In this document: positions 21,401-31,328 of the stretch, in pieces
Layout: the number at the start of each line of letters is the position of its first letter
How positions within the stretch are numbered: position 1 is the stretch's first letter
Virus record (IMG/VR): IMGVR_UViG_3300015241_000149
Span: 2,854-66,853 of that record
Direction: 5' to 3' (one strand)
Length of the DNA stretch: 64,000 bases
Origin: a virus
Translations under genes and position numbers: made by a program
Notes under the pieces: generated by a model
What the model saw: the letters and a program-made list of their open reading frames with translations, nothing else
The model's database searches: none
What the model was told of the DNA's origin: nothing

Positions 21401-22536
21401 CACTTCCTCACCCAATCAGTCATCGGCTCACTCACGTCGGGTCCTCTTCACCGTCAAGGCAGGCCGGCAAACCGAAGAGTGGTGTCGGCAGATTCCAAAT
21501 CTTGATTCCGGTGTCTTTCCGCCACTTCAACGGGAGTTCAGTCTTCCTGGACTGGCCGGTCGAGATACTCATCCTCTCCAGGTTGACTCCGCACAATTTA
21601 CAGAAAGTCCAGACCCAATATCCGTTGCCTGACTTTTCCGTCTTGCTGTGGGGGCAGTTCCTGATTTGCGCGTCCTTGGCTGACTCGCCCATCACGCCGC
21701 CCTTGTCTTGTAATGGATGACCGCGCCGACCAGCGTCTTGGCCAGGATGTAGGCGCCGGCCGCCAGCCCCAACCCCAGGCCAACCCCGACCGCGATCCCG
21801 ACGTGGGTCCAGCCGTAGCGGCTCACTGGCGCGCCAACCACGTGCCCAGCGGCGCACCGATCAAGGCCCCGAAGAACACGCACGCAATGACCCCCTCGGG
21901 TGAGTTCCATGCCGGGCTGGGGAACAGGTGCTGAAGGAACAGCTGGGTGCCGGCGACGCCCACGAACACGCCCAACAGCACAGCCACCTTGATCAAAGTG
22001 ATCATCTGGCACCCAGTTCGAGGTAGTCGATGTGGCGGTGACCCACGCCGGGGTGGTAGTAGGTCGGTACGCCCTGGCCCTGGCCGGCCCGAATCTGCAC
22101 CTCAGCGCGCCCGTCGGCGCCGAACCCGCAGCCGGTGTAGCGATGGGTGAGCCGGCCGCCGACGGTGTGGTAGGTCAGCAGGTAGTAGCCCAGGTGCTTG
22201 CCGTCGATGTCGATCTGGGACTCGAACAGCATCGGCTCGTCCAGCGCGGCGACGGCGACGGTAACCCAGCGGGGCTCGAACGCATCCCGCAGCTTGGCCA
22301 CCAGCACGGCCAGCAGGAACAGCACGGTCGGGATCAGGGCAACGACGAGCAGCACGTTACGAATCATGGCGAGCACCTCGTGTACGGCCATCTTGAGTAC
22401 CCCGCTGGTAGCACGACGGCGCCAGGCAGTCTTGTGGCGTGCACGACTGGCTGGAGCGGGGTATTCGCTCGAGAACGCTACGGAGTTGAGCTACGGATCT
22501 CAACGAGTCCGCGCGCGCAAGGATGCGTTCGGGCAT
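18413..22536 (-). CDS. early-region run of ~14 hypothetical genes (e.g. 18413-18712, 18714-18986, 18983-19222, 19215-19691, 19688-20440 coiled coil, 20437-20604, 20597-20803, 20976-21311, 21823-22005 TM, 22002-22368, 22357-22536)
   Basis: Continuous overlapping ORFs with RBSs; no recognisable domains. Confidence 0.6.
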
Positions 22537-22696
22537 TAGGATGTCCCTTGGTCCTCTGGTTGGGGATCTTTGGTAGCCCCCTCCCGTTGAGCTTGTCTCC
22601 AGGAGGGGGCTACCTCTTTTACTCACCGCCCAGGGTCTGGAGGCGGCCTAGCCAGGCTCATCAGCTGTTCAGTCGGGTTCGACTTGTTCAGTGACG

Positions 22697-22731
22697 AGCA
22701 TCTCACGCTGGGGAGCGTGGTGTCAACCTAG
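22697..22731 (-). promoter_or_regulatory. leftward promoter for the early operon, with a structured ~150-nt leader
   Basis: CTAGG-TTGACA-18 nt-GATGCT; leader hairpin GTAGCCCCCTCC/GGAGGGGGCTAC at ~22573-22613. Confidence 0.55.
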
Positions 22732-22825
22732 TACCGCCTGGTCCTTCCACAAGATGCGCGCGCCCGACGGTCGGTATGAGCCGACGGCCGGCATCAGGGT
22801 ACGGCTGTGTGGGTGCGGAGAACGA

Positions 22826-23026
22826 TTACCTAGGCCGACGGGGAGTGCGCTTAGGCGGCGCTAGCTGGCGTTTGAGGTCCGCGACGTCCCAACGGGCGAA
22901 TCCCCCCGGGGTAAACCCGGCTGGCCGCACCCGGCCTTCCACATACCAGCGCCGCAAGGTCTGGGGGGCGACACCAATGGCTCGCGCGGCGGTCTGGGTG
23001 TTGACCCAGGGAGCGGGATCTGTCAT
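22826..23026 (-). CDS. MerR/BldC/Xis-like HTH protein
   Basis: VNTQTAARAIGVAPQTLRRWYVEGRVRP...TPGGFARW; upstream GTTGTGC direct repeats. Confidence 0.85.
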   Translation of the reverse strand: MTDPAPWVNTQTAARAIGVAPQTLRRWYVEGRVRPAGFTPGGFARWDVADLKRQLAPPKRTPRRPR

Positions 23027-23149
23027 GGAGCCTCACGGTGACAGGTGGCGTGCGAGTTGTGCAACCTTAGCGTGTGTTGTGCGGTTGACACACTGCCCGG
23101 TACCCTCGGCGAAAACCCCCATCCCGATCCTCTGAGGAGCATTACTCCC

Positions 23150-24226
23150 ATGGCTTCGCGTCCCTCTGTCCCGCCGCTGCTCGCCAACCCCGACTCGGCC
23201 AAGCTCATCGCTACTCTCATCGACACCCAGGCGCACATCATCGAGCGCGATGGTGACGCCGTCGGTACCGGCCTGGCGATCCTGCTCAAGACGCTCTCTA
23301 CCCAGATCCTGGACATGCACAACGTCAAGTCCTCAGGCAACGGCGCGTCGGCGCACTCCTGGGAGAACTGATGGGCTTCTGGTCCAAGACGGTCCGCAGT
23401 ACGCACCGGATGAACGAGCGCGTCCCCACCGGTGAGACCGGGCGCAACCTGACCCAGGCATCCAGCGGCTACGTCATCCGCAAGCCCCGGTCCAAGCCGG
23501 TGAAGGCCCACAAAAGGGAGAAGTAGCCTTGTCCCCAACCAAAAGGAAGAAGCCCCCCGCGTCGCCGACCACGCCCGTCAACTGGTCGGAGCTCTCAACC
23601 GGTGAAATCCTGGCGCGGTACCCGGAACGGTTCTTGGCGTGCCGCGTCCAGCACGCGTGGAACCCTGAGCCGATCTGGGACCTACTCACCCCGACGGTTA
23701 AGGAGCGCCAGCAGATCTGTACCCGGTGCGCGTCGGTGCGCAAGCAACCCCTGGACTCCCAGTTCCGCCCGATCCAGGCCGCCACCATCGACTACGCGCC
23801 CGGTTACCTCACCCCGAAGACCGGTCTGACCCGGGGTGATTTCCAGGCGACGCACTGGGAACGGGACTTCCTCAAGGCTTTCGATGCCGGCCGGGTGCAC
23901 GCGCAGGGATCCTTGGAGTGACCGGCCCCCGACCCGATGCCCAACTGCGAGCCGTCGTAGTGGAGCGCACCAACCGCCTGAGTCTGGAATTCGTGCGGTT
24001 CTGCCTGTATGGCGCGGTCATCCTGCATTTCGCCGTTGTCGGGCTGCTCGGCTACTGGATCTACGTCCACATCGGGCCGGGGCTATTTTTTGGCTACGGC
24101 GTCATCGTCACGGTGGCGTGGGTGACCTGGCTGCGCGCCGTCGAGTTCCATCGAGCTTTCCCCGGCGCCGAAGACCAGATGCAGGTCCGCTCGGACGGCC
24201 CGGCCCGGCTGCGGAGAGGCGAATGA
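23150..24226 (+). CDS. four hypothetical genes (23150-23371, ~23371-23526, 23529-23921 CxxxH/CxxC, 23918-24226 2-TM)
   Basis: GAGGAG RBS before 23150; coupled ORFs leading into the second terminase pair. Confidence 0.65.
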
Positions 24227-24738
24227 GCTCTCTGGCGAACGAGGACGGCACCCCGCCGCGCGACGGCCAAGGCAAGTTCATGATCTCTCCGGAGTCCCTG
24301 GAGCGCGATGCCCAGGCCGCCCGGCTGCGAGCCTCTGGTTGGTCGGCAACCCGGGTTTCGAATCACCTGGGCTACGGAAGTCGACAGAACGTGGACCGGG
24401 CCGTCCGGCGCGCCATGGACCGCATCATCGTGCCGGCGATCGAGGAGGCCCGCAAGTTGATGCTGGATTCCATCGCCGAGCAGGCGGAGACGCTCCTGGA
24501 GATCCAGCAGGCGGCCATCGCCGACGGCGACCTGACGGTGTGGCTGCGTTCGGTGGACCAGTTCGGCAAGTTGGATGACCGCAAGGCCCGCCTGCTCGGC
24601 CTGTTCGCCCCCGACAAGATCATGAACCTGAACGGCCGGGGTGAGCCTGAGGTGCCACCGGCACTGATCGAGAACGCCCGCAAGATCGAAGAACAGGCCG
24701 CCAAAGAGGAAGCCGAGCTGAATGGGCGCTCCGACTGA
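24223..24738 (+). CDS. second small terminase-like HTH protein
   Basis: RDGQGKF, RDAQAARLRASGWS...LGYGS..NVDRAV HTH, helical core, RKARLLGL; overlaps the terL-like gene. Confidence 0.7.
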   Translation: MSSLANEDGTPPRDGQGKFMISPESLERDAQAARLRASGWSATRVSNHLGYGSRQNVDRAVRRAMDRIIVPAIEEARKLMLDSIAEQAETLLEIQQAAIADGDLTVWLRSVDQFGKLDDRKARLLGLFAPDKIMNLNGRGEPEVPPALIENARKIEEQAAKEEAELNGRSD

Positions 24739-26317
24739 GTACGTACCCGCGCTGTATGGGCCGCCAGGCTCCCCAGAGATCGACCGGATCCTGGACAAGA
24801 TCGGGTACGGGCTGCTCGACCTGCCCCACTACCGGCGGCTCTACACCAAGCATGATCCTTTGCTATTCCACATGTTGTACCTCACTCCGCCCAATGACGA
24901 GCACACCTTCATCTCGCCAGAGACCGGGCGCGACATCCACCTGAGCCAGTTCCACATCGACGCCTGCCAGCGCGCGCTGGGTTGGCGGGGCAATTTGGGG
25001 TTCGCGCAGCATCGGCATTTCGATGTCGCGCCCCGTGGCGCCGGGAAGTCCACGCTGCACTTCAAGGCCAATCCGCTCTGGGCTCTGGCGCACGGGCACC
25101 GCCGGTTCATGTTCGCGTGCGCGTACAACGACACCCAGGCCGCCCGGCACCTGCGCAACCTGCGAAACCTATTCACCGGCAACGAACTGCTACAGCGGGA
25201 CTATCCCGAGCTCTGCACGCCGCGCAAGTCCACCGACAACGAGTACCACGCTGAGTCGGGCGCGGTGATCATGGCGTACGGGATCGGGTCAACCAACCTC
25301 GGTGCTAACGTGCGCGGCCGGCCTGATTTGATCTTGGTTGATGATCTTGAACCGGCGGAAGGCAGCGTTGGCTACTCGGCGTACCAGAAGTCGCAGCTAC
25401 AGTCCGCGCTGGTCAACGGTGTGTTCGGGATGAATCCCAACGCGGCTGTGCAGATGTGCGGCACGGTGACCATGTACGGCTCCATGGCCCATGAGGCGGT
25501 CTGGCATGCCCACGGCCAGGAACAGGACTGGATCCGCGAGCAGAACATCGACGTGCACTACTACTCCCCCATCGTGTTGGGCGCCGACGGGCGCGAGGAG
25601 TCGTTCTGGCCGGCCCGCTACTCCCTCGATGAGCTCAACCGGATGCGCTACGGCGCTAAGGACGGTGGCCCCACCCGGGATTGGCTCCTCAACTTTCAAA
25701 ATAACCCGCGCGCTGCCGAGGATGGTCTGTGGGCTCCTGGTGACGTGACCGTGGTTGAGGACGCGCCTGAGGGCTTGGACGCCGGTTCGGGTGGGGTGAC
25801 CGTGGTGGACGCGGCGAACCGACCCAGGGTGACATGGCGGGTGCTCTCGATAGACCCGTCGGTGACCGATGGCAAGCGCTCCGACTACACCGGCATCTCC
25901 ACGGTCGGCGCGACCATCCACGGCCGGGCGATCATCGAAGACGCCATCGGGATACGCGGCACCCCGACCGACCTCAAGGCGATTCTGTCCCGGGCGCTGC
26001 GGGAGAACGGCACCATCTCAGACGTCGTCGTGGAGACCACTCAGGGCGGCCATTGGGTGCTTGAGGCAATCGTGGGGATCTGCCGGGAGTTCGAGGTGCG
26101 GCTCTGGGAAGTCAAGCCGTCGCTGAGCAAGCACTCCCGTTACAAGCGCTGGGTGGATCTCTACCAGACCGGGCGTTGCCTGCACGACGGGGAATTGCCG
26201 GAGCTGACCGTGCAGCAGAATAGCTACCCCCGTAATGAATTCGATGATGTCATGGACGCTAGTCTTATCGGAGTAGAGAAGGTTCTTGGCCTCACCGAGG
26301 GGGTGCGGGTCTTATGA
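24722..26317 (+). CDS. second large terminase subunit
   Basis: Walker A APRGAGKST, Walker B LILVDDLE, CGT coupling motif, nuclease SIDPS / SDYTG / VVET / DDVMDA. Confidence 0.9.
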   Translation: MGAPTEYVPALYGPPGSPEIDRILDKIGYGLLDLPHYRRLYTKHDPLLFHMLYLTPPNDEHTFISPETGRDIHLSQFHIDACQRALGWRGNLGFAQHRHFDVAPRGAGKSTLHFKANPLWALAHGHRRFMFACAYNDTQAARHLRNLRNLFTGNELLQRDYPELCTPRKSTDNEYHAESGAVIMAYGIGSTNLGANVRGRPDLILVDDLEPAEGSVGYSAYQKSQLQSALVNGVFGMNPNAAVQMCGTVTMYGSMAHEAVWHAHGQEQDWIREQNIDVHYYSPIVLGADGREESFWPARYSLDELNRMRYGAKDGGPTRDWLLNFQNNPRAAEDGLWAPGDVTVVEDAPEGLDAGSGGVTVVDAANRPRVTWRVLSIDPSVTDGKRSDYTGISTVGATIHGRAIIEDAIGIRGTPTDLKAILSRALRENGTISDVVVETTQGGHWVLEAIVGICREFEVRLWEVKPSLSKHSRYKRWVDLYQTGRCLHDGELPELTVQQNSYPRNEFDDVMDASLIGVEKVLGLTEGVRVL

Positions 26318-27082
26318 GGAGGGTCCACCCGCGCGACGGTACCGACGCCTTCTGCACCTGCCCGGCCTGCGGATTGCTAGGTAGCCACCTGATCATCAAG
26401 CGCGGCTTCCACGTCGGGGGCCTGCGGATTCGGCCTCACGACGGGGCGCTGGTTTCCGAGGCTCCCTACACCCAGCGCCAATGCCTGTTCTGTGAGCGGA
26501 AGTGGGAGACCCTGTGGTGATAGACGTCTATATAGCTCTGATGACGCTATCCCTTATAGCAATGTTCTGGGCCGGTTACCTGATCGGGCAGAAGCACTCG
26601 GCCGTCACTCCCCCACCAGAATCTAAGTCAGAGCCTAAGATGGTGTCCGTCCAGAGCCTGTATAGAGGAAGACTGGTGTGGTACCCCGTAAAGGGCGAAT
26701 GGAATTCTGGGTATATCTATGAGCAGACTGACCCAACATGCCAATATTACACGGTGGAACCCAAGCCCAGAGGCCGGGGCCCCTGGCCCCGAGTGGCGCG
26801 CGCTGATTTACGACTACAGGGCATTCACCCATTGTTTGAGCCGGCGCCCGCATTGAGCCTAGTGGAGTTCGAAGAAGAAATGGACAAGCCGTGAGCAGGT
26901 CAACGAGCAAGGTAGTCAAGTCCCTACGACGCAACGTGACCGAGCTGAACCAGCTCAAGAACCGTCCACCGGCGGGCCGGGATCCCCAGGAGTGGCATCG
27001 GGAGTGTCAGCGCGAGGCTGTGCTGCACGCGTCGGCGGTACTTCTGATCGCGTGTCCGGACGCGTTGGGCACCCGCTACTAG
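26314..27082 (+). CDS. three hypothetical genes (26314-26520 zinc finger, 26517-26894 TM, 26891-27082)
   Basis: Coupled ORFs; CPACG..H / CLFC. Confidence 0.6.
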
Positions 27083-27632
27083 CCAGCCAGCGCTCCCGGG
27101 CCGCGCGGATGGCCTGCATGGGCGTCACGAGGCTGCCTTGCGGTGCCGGCCGCGCTGTCCGCGCTCAGACGTGCTCGTCGTAGGCGGCCCCACAGCCGGC
27201 GGCGCAGACGTAGTGGTGGATGAGGTATCCCTTGCGGTCGTAGCTGGATCCCGCCAGACGCCAGATGTGGTCATCGTTCGGGCCGCGATTCGGGCAGAGC
27301 GCGTCCGCCGGAGCCAGCGTTCCGTCCGCCACTTGAGGTAGTAGAACGCGATGATGTCCCTGTTGCTCGGGAGGTCCGCGTAGTACTGTCTGCGGCTGCG
27401 CTGTTGACTCATCATCCCGCAACTCCCGTCCTAACGGAAAAGTGATCATTATGGGCTCCACAGTGCCAAAGGCCGAATGTCCGGACGCGTTACGCGTGTT
27501 CTACGCCGCGTACCCCGAGACAGCCTACCGAGCGGCACGGGACCACCAGTGCGACTCGATCAATCTGTGTACCCACTGCTACCAGCCCTTCCCCTGCTCG
27601 ACCCGACAGTGGGCGCTGGAGTACCTCGGCGA

Positions 27633-27902
27633 CTAAGCCTTTCCCTCGCGCGGCTCCACGGTGCGGCTCACCATCTCCCGACTGAGCAGCGCCGCGCGGG
27701 CCAGGGCGGTCTGGGTGAGGTTGTCCGGTCGCCCCGTCTGCTGCCCGAGGTGGTACGCCTGGATCAGTAGCGTGTAGAGCTGGCCGCGCTCCGAGGTGAC
27801 CTTGCGCTTGCTGTTCCGCAGTGACCGCCCCACCTTCGCAATCTCGGTCAAGAGCTGCTCGGCGAGCGCTGCCGGCTCTTGGCCTTCGCTGTTCGTGCTC
27901 AT
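27633..27902 (-). CDS. HTH regulator (repressor-like), probably leaderless
   Basis: LTQTALARAALLSREMVSRTV; TAGACT -10 seven nt before the ATG. Confidence 0.7.
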   Translation of the reverse strand: MSTNSEGQEPAALAEQLLTEIAKVGRSLRNSKRKVTSERGQLYTLLIQAYHLGQQTGRPDNLTQTALARAALLSREMVSRTVEPREGKA

Positions 27903-27962
27903 ATGGGTGAGTCTACCCTGACCTACCACCAGGTTGACAAGACGCTACTCGGTTGACAGTAT
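27903..27962. promoter_or_regulatory. divergent promoter/operator region
   Basis: Rightward TTGACA(27934)-17-CAGTAT; leftward TAGACT; two GGTTGACA boxes. Confidence 0.65.
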
Positions 27963-27966
27963 GAGT

Positions 27967-28025
27967 GGGGCGGCTCGGATGCCGAGGTTTCTCGGTCTTG
28001 GGATGGCGCCCATCCGAGCCGCCCC
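27967..28025 (+). ncRNA. 5' hairpin RNA element at the predicted transcription start
   Basis: 15-bp perfect stem, inner CCGAG/CTCGG hairpin, unpaired TCTTGGGATGG. Confidence 0.45.
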
Positions 28026-28076
28026 TTCACCCTTGCGGACCATGGAGCACACACACATGAGCACAACTGATCTGCG

Positions 28077-28398
28077 CGTGGGGAGTTCGATGACTGAGCA
28101 GGAGTATTGGAACCAACAGCTCGTTGAGGCCGAACAGGCCATGGCGCACGTGCCTAGGGACTCTCAGTCCTTCGTGCGGGCGTACGACCGCTGGAGTCGG
28201 GCCACCGCCGAGCTGACTCAGGACAAGAAGGAGGGAGAGCTCCGCAAGATCCTGCCGCTGACCGACGACGCTCCTGAGCTGGATGAACTCGAAATCATGC
28301 TCGAGGTGCAGCGCCAGCTTGAGGTGCTCGACCCCGAAGGGACCCGCCGCGTCCTGACCTACTTCATCAGCCGCTACCTGCTCCCCTCGGAGGGCTGA
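28077..28398 (+). CDS. hypothetical protein (start approximate)
   Basis: Helical ORF; several possible starts. Confidence 0.6.
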
Positions 28399-28399
28399 G

Positions 28400-28762
28400 G
28401 TGTTCCGCGACGCGATCGGCGCGCTGTCCTTGATCCTGCTGGGTGTGTTGGTCCTGGCCGTGGTCATCTTCGGCGGCTGGAAACTGCATTGGTGGTTCCG
28501 TGGCCAGGAGGCTCAGCTGGGCGGACAGACCAACCGGGGCAGCTACGGATTCCAGCAGGCGCACATGGACCAGACAACCAGCCTGATCTCCGACATCTCC
28601 CGGATCGACGCCCAAATCGCGGCGGCGGACCCCGCCCAGAAGCCCACGCTGGCGGCTCAGCGCACCGCCGAGGTAGCCGAAACTTGCCGGCTGGCCCGCG
28701 ACATCCAGAACCCTCCGGCAGACATTCTCAGCTGGCACACCCTGAACTGCTCCGCTCCGTAA
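28400..28762 (+). CDS. single-pass membrane protein
   Basis: N-terminal TM helix, two Cys in the C-terminal part. Confidence 0.75.
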   Translation: MFRDAIGALSLILLGVLVLAVVIFGGWKLHWWFRGQEAQLGGQTNRGSYGFQQAHMDQTTSLISDISRIDAQIAAADPAQKPTLAAQRTAEVAETCRLARDIQNPPADILSWHTLNCSAP

Positions 28763-28783
28763 CCCCAAGGACCAGGCCATCCA

Positions 28784-29344
28784 ATGATCAAAGCCCTAGT
28801 GTCTGCCGGCATTGTCATCAGTGTGGGATTGCTCGTCGGCTGTGACGCCACCCCCTCAGGCCAACGCCAGGAGAACGCTGCTCAAGCCGGCATCACCACA
28901 CAGCTGGTCACCAACCAGCCAATCCCTAATATCGGGTACAGCCAGATGCGACAGAACCTGATCGAGATCGAGACGGCCGAGGACAAAGGCGTACAGACCA
29001 CCTCGTTCATCTTCGGCAACTTCTCCGCAGACCCGGTGCAGATCTGCCCGTCAATCGGCGTCCCGATCCCGAACACGGCGAGCCTGTCCAACCCGGAACA
29101 GGCCACCTATACCGGCAGCGCTACCTATACCACCCCGCAGATGGACCCGAACGGGGTGTACGCGCCGAGCGCGTCGAGCGGCACGTTTGTGATCTGCGTA
29201 GGCGCGGACGGCAAGCCCAACCCGGTCTACGCCGAAGGCAACGTGCACACCGTGTTCGGTCCGGCGGTGTGGAACCGACAGACCCACTCGGTAGAGATGA
29301 CCGGCCCGGCATCGTTCAAATTCACCGCAAGCCAGGGACGCTGA
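28784..29344 (+). CDS. lipoprotein
   Basis: Lipobox LLVG-C. Confidence 0.8.
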   Translation: MIKALVSAGIVISVGLLVGCDATPSGQRQENAAQAGITTQLVTNQPIPNIGYSQMRQNLIEIETAEDKGVQTTSFIFGNFSADPVQICPSIGVPIPNTASLSNPEQATYTGSATYTTPQMDPNGVYAPSASSGTFVICVGADGKPNPVYAEGNVHTVFGPAVWNRQTHSVEMTGPASFKFTASQGR

Positions 29345-29345
29345 G

Positions 29346-29573
29346 ATGGCCTTCGGACGGCGTCAGACCCGCGAGGAGTTCATCGCCCCGAGCGCGCACC
29401 ACGTCGAGTTCCATGAGGCCAAGCGGGCGAAGGCAGCCCAGGACGCCGCCGACAAGGAAGCCAAAGCCGCCAAAGCCGCGCTCAAGGCTGCCCAGGTCCG
29501 GGAGCAGGAGGCGGAGCGGCAGCGTCGAGCCCTGGCCAAGGCAATAGCCGATGAACTCGAGGGCAGGTTCTGA
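29346..29573 (+). CDS. Ala/Lys-rich coiled-coil protein
   Basis: 75-aa ORF in operon. Confidence 0.6.
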   Translation: MAFGRRQTREEFIAPSAHHVEFHEAKRAKAAQDAADKEAKAAKAALKAAQVREQEAERQRRALAKAIADELEGRF

Positions 29574-29745
29574 GACCGGCCAATTCGACCTACCGACCGG
29601 GGACGCGAATGACGCCTGACGACATGACTCCTGATGAGCTGCTCGACTACCGGGAACGGCTTCTCGATGAGACGGATCAGGACCAGCTCTGGCGCAACTT
29701 CCAGCACATCGCCACGTTCGAGCACAAGGTGGATGAAAGGCCCTG

Positions 29746-30369
29746 ATGACTGACACCCGTGTGTTGTTCGCCTGCGTGTGGGCTACGGCGCTGATGGTCG
29801 CCGGTGGTTGTGGTTCCGCGTCCACTCCGGTGCAGGACAATGCCGCGCCCGTCGCACCGCAGCCGCACACCATCAAGACCCTGCCGCCGAGCTCGCACGT
29901 CACCGGCCTGCCCTACCCGCCGCGCTGCGTCATCGAAACCTCGAACGGTCACGCACTTCCGGATGTCTCGTGCACCCCCGGCGCGGTTACTTCGGGCGTC
30001 ACCCAGGCGAACATGCATTCGACGATCTGCAAGACCGGCTGGACCGCGACCGTCCGGGCGCCGGAGTCGGAGACCGGGCCGGTCAAGAAGACCGCGATCA
30101 CCTCCTACAGCGAGACAGCCCTGAGCTCAACGGCAATCGAGCTCGACCACCTGGTTCCCTTGGAGCTGGGCGGCAGCAATGACACCGCCAACTTGTGGCC
30201 AGAACCGAGCGACCTACCAGGCCAGGGCTTCCGGAACACCAAAGACAACGTCGAGAACGACATGCGCAAGGCGGTGTGCTCAGGGAAGGTTAGCCTGAGC
30301 GCGGCACAGACCGCCATCTCGAACAACTGGGGAACAGCTGAAGCGACGGTAGGCATCGGGGGGCACTAA
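29746..30369 (+). CDS. lipoprotein with HNH-like nuclease domain
   Basis: Lipobox VAGG-C; ELDHLVPLELGGSNDTANLWPEP...KDNVEN. Confidence 0.75.
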   Translation: MTDTRVLFACVWATALMVAGGCGSASTPVQDNAAPVAPQPHTIKTLPPSSHVTGLPYPPRCVIETSNGHALPDVSCTPGAVTSGVTQANMHSTICKTGWTATVRAPESETGPVKKTAITSYSETALSSTAIELDHLVPLELGGSNDTANLWPEPSDLPGQGFRNTKDNVENDMRKAVCSGKVSLSAAQTAISNNWGTAEATVGIGGH

Positions 30370-31212
30370 TGGAAGCGCTGGATGTCCTGGGCTCCTCGCT
30401 GGTCTACCCCGCTGGTAGGTGTGGGCGTCGCTGCTCTCACGTATCCATGTGGGTGCCATCGTGTGCATTGTGCAGGTCAGGCGCCCGCACCTATCGGAAA
30501 GTCCCTGAGGGCAAATGATGGGAGCGCTGGATGTCCTGGGCGCCGTGACGGCCTACCTGCTCGTTGGGGCTGTGTTCGCGCGCAACCAGTCCCGCCGTTG
30601 CTTCAGCGCGGCCTGCGCCAGATGGAGCGGTTCAGACCAGGCAGCAAGACGGAGCCGAGTGACCCAGCGCTCCTACCAAGAACGGCTTGCGCTGTGCGTG
30701 TTGGGTTGGCCTGTGGTGGCGCCGGCCCGGCTGATCTACCACTTCGCCTCGGCGCCGGTAGGAGACCTGGAGGCGGCCGCGATGTTCTATGAGATCAACA
30801 AGCGGGTAGAGCGGGATGCCTTGCGCCAGCGGCTTCAGATCATGAGGGAGATCAGCTGATGGTCACACTTGGCGAGTACGAGGAATACCGACTCGTGCTG
30901 AACAAATCAGACCTTGTTGAGCCTCACCCGCCGTCATTCGAGGGATACCAACACGTGCTGAACAGGCCAATCAACGTCGGCCGGTCAGAGACCCCAAACG
31001 AGGAAAAGGCCCCCAAGACCCTAGGCTCGCACATCCTCTGGGCAGGCGCCCTGTCCTTGGCCATATTCGTCGGGTTGGTGGGTGTTATCGGTGCCATCGG
31101 CGGGATCTTCTTCCTTTTCGCGCACGTGAGTTGGGTGTGGGGAACCCTGGCACTGATTGGGGCTCTGTCGATCGTGTCGGGCGTTTCCGCGTACGCGGCC
31201 CTGGAGCTGTGA
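30369..31212 (+). CDS. small Cys-rich ORF (30369-30518) and two membrane proteins (30518-30859, 30859-31212)
   Basis: TAATG/TGATG overlaps, hydrophobic segments. Confidence 0.6.
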
Positions 31213-31328
31213 TGACGGCGCACGCTGGGACAAGCCCTGACCAGGACGCATGACCAGCGTTTATCCCCGGATCTGATGTCAACCTGCTACCGTTCATGAA
31301 CCTGTCCCCGATCACAGGAGATCGCACC

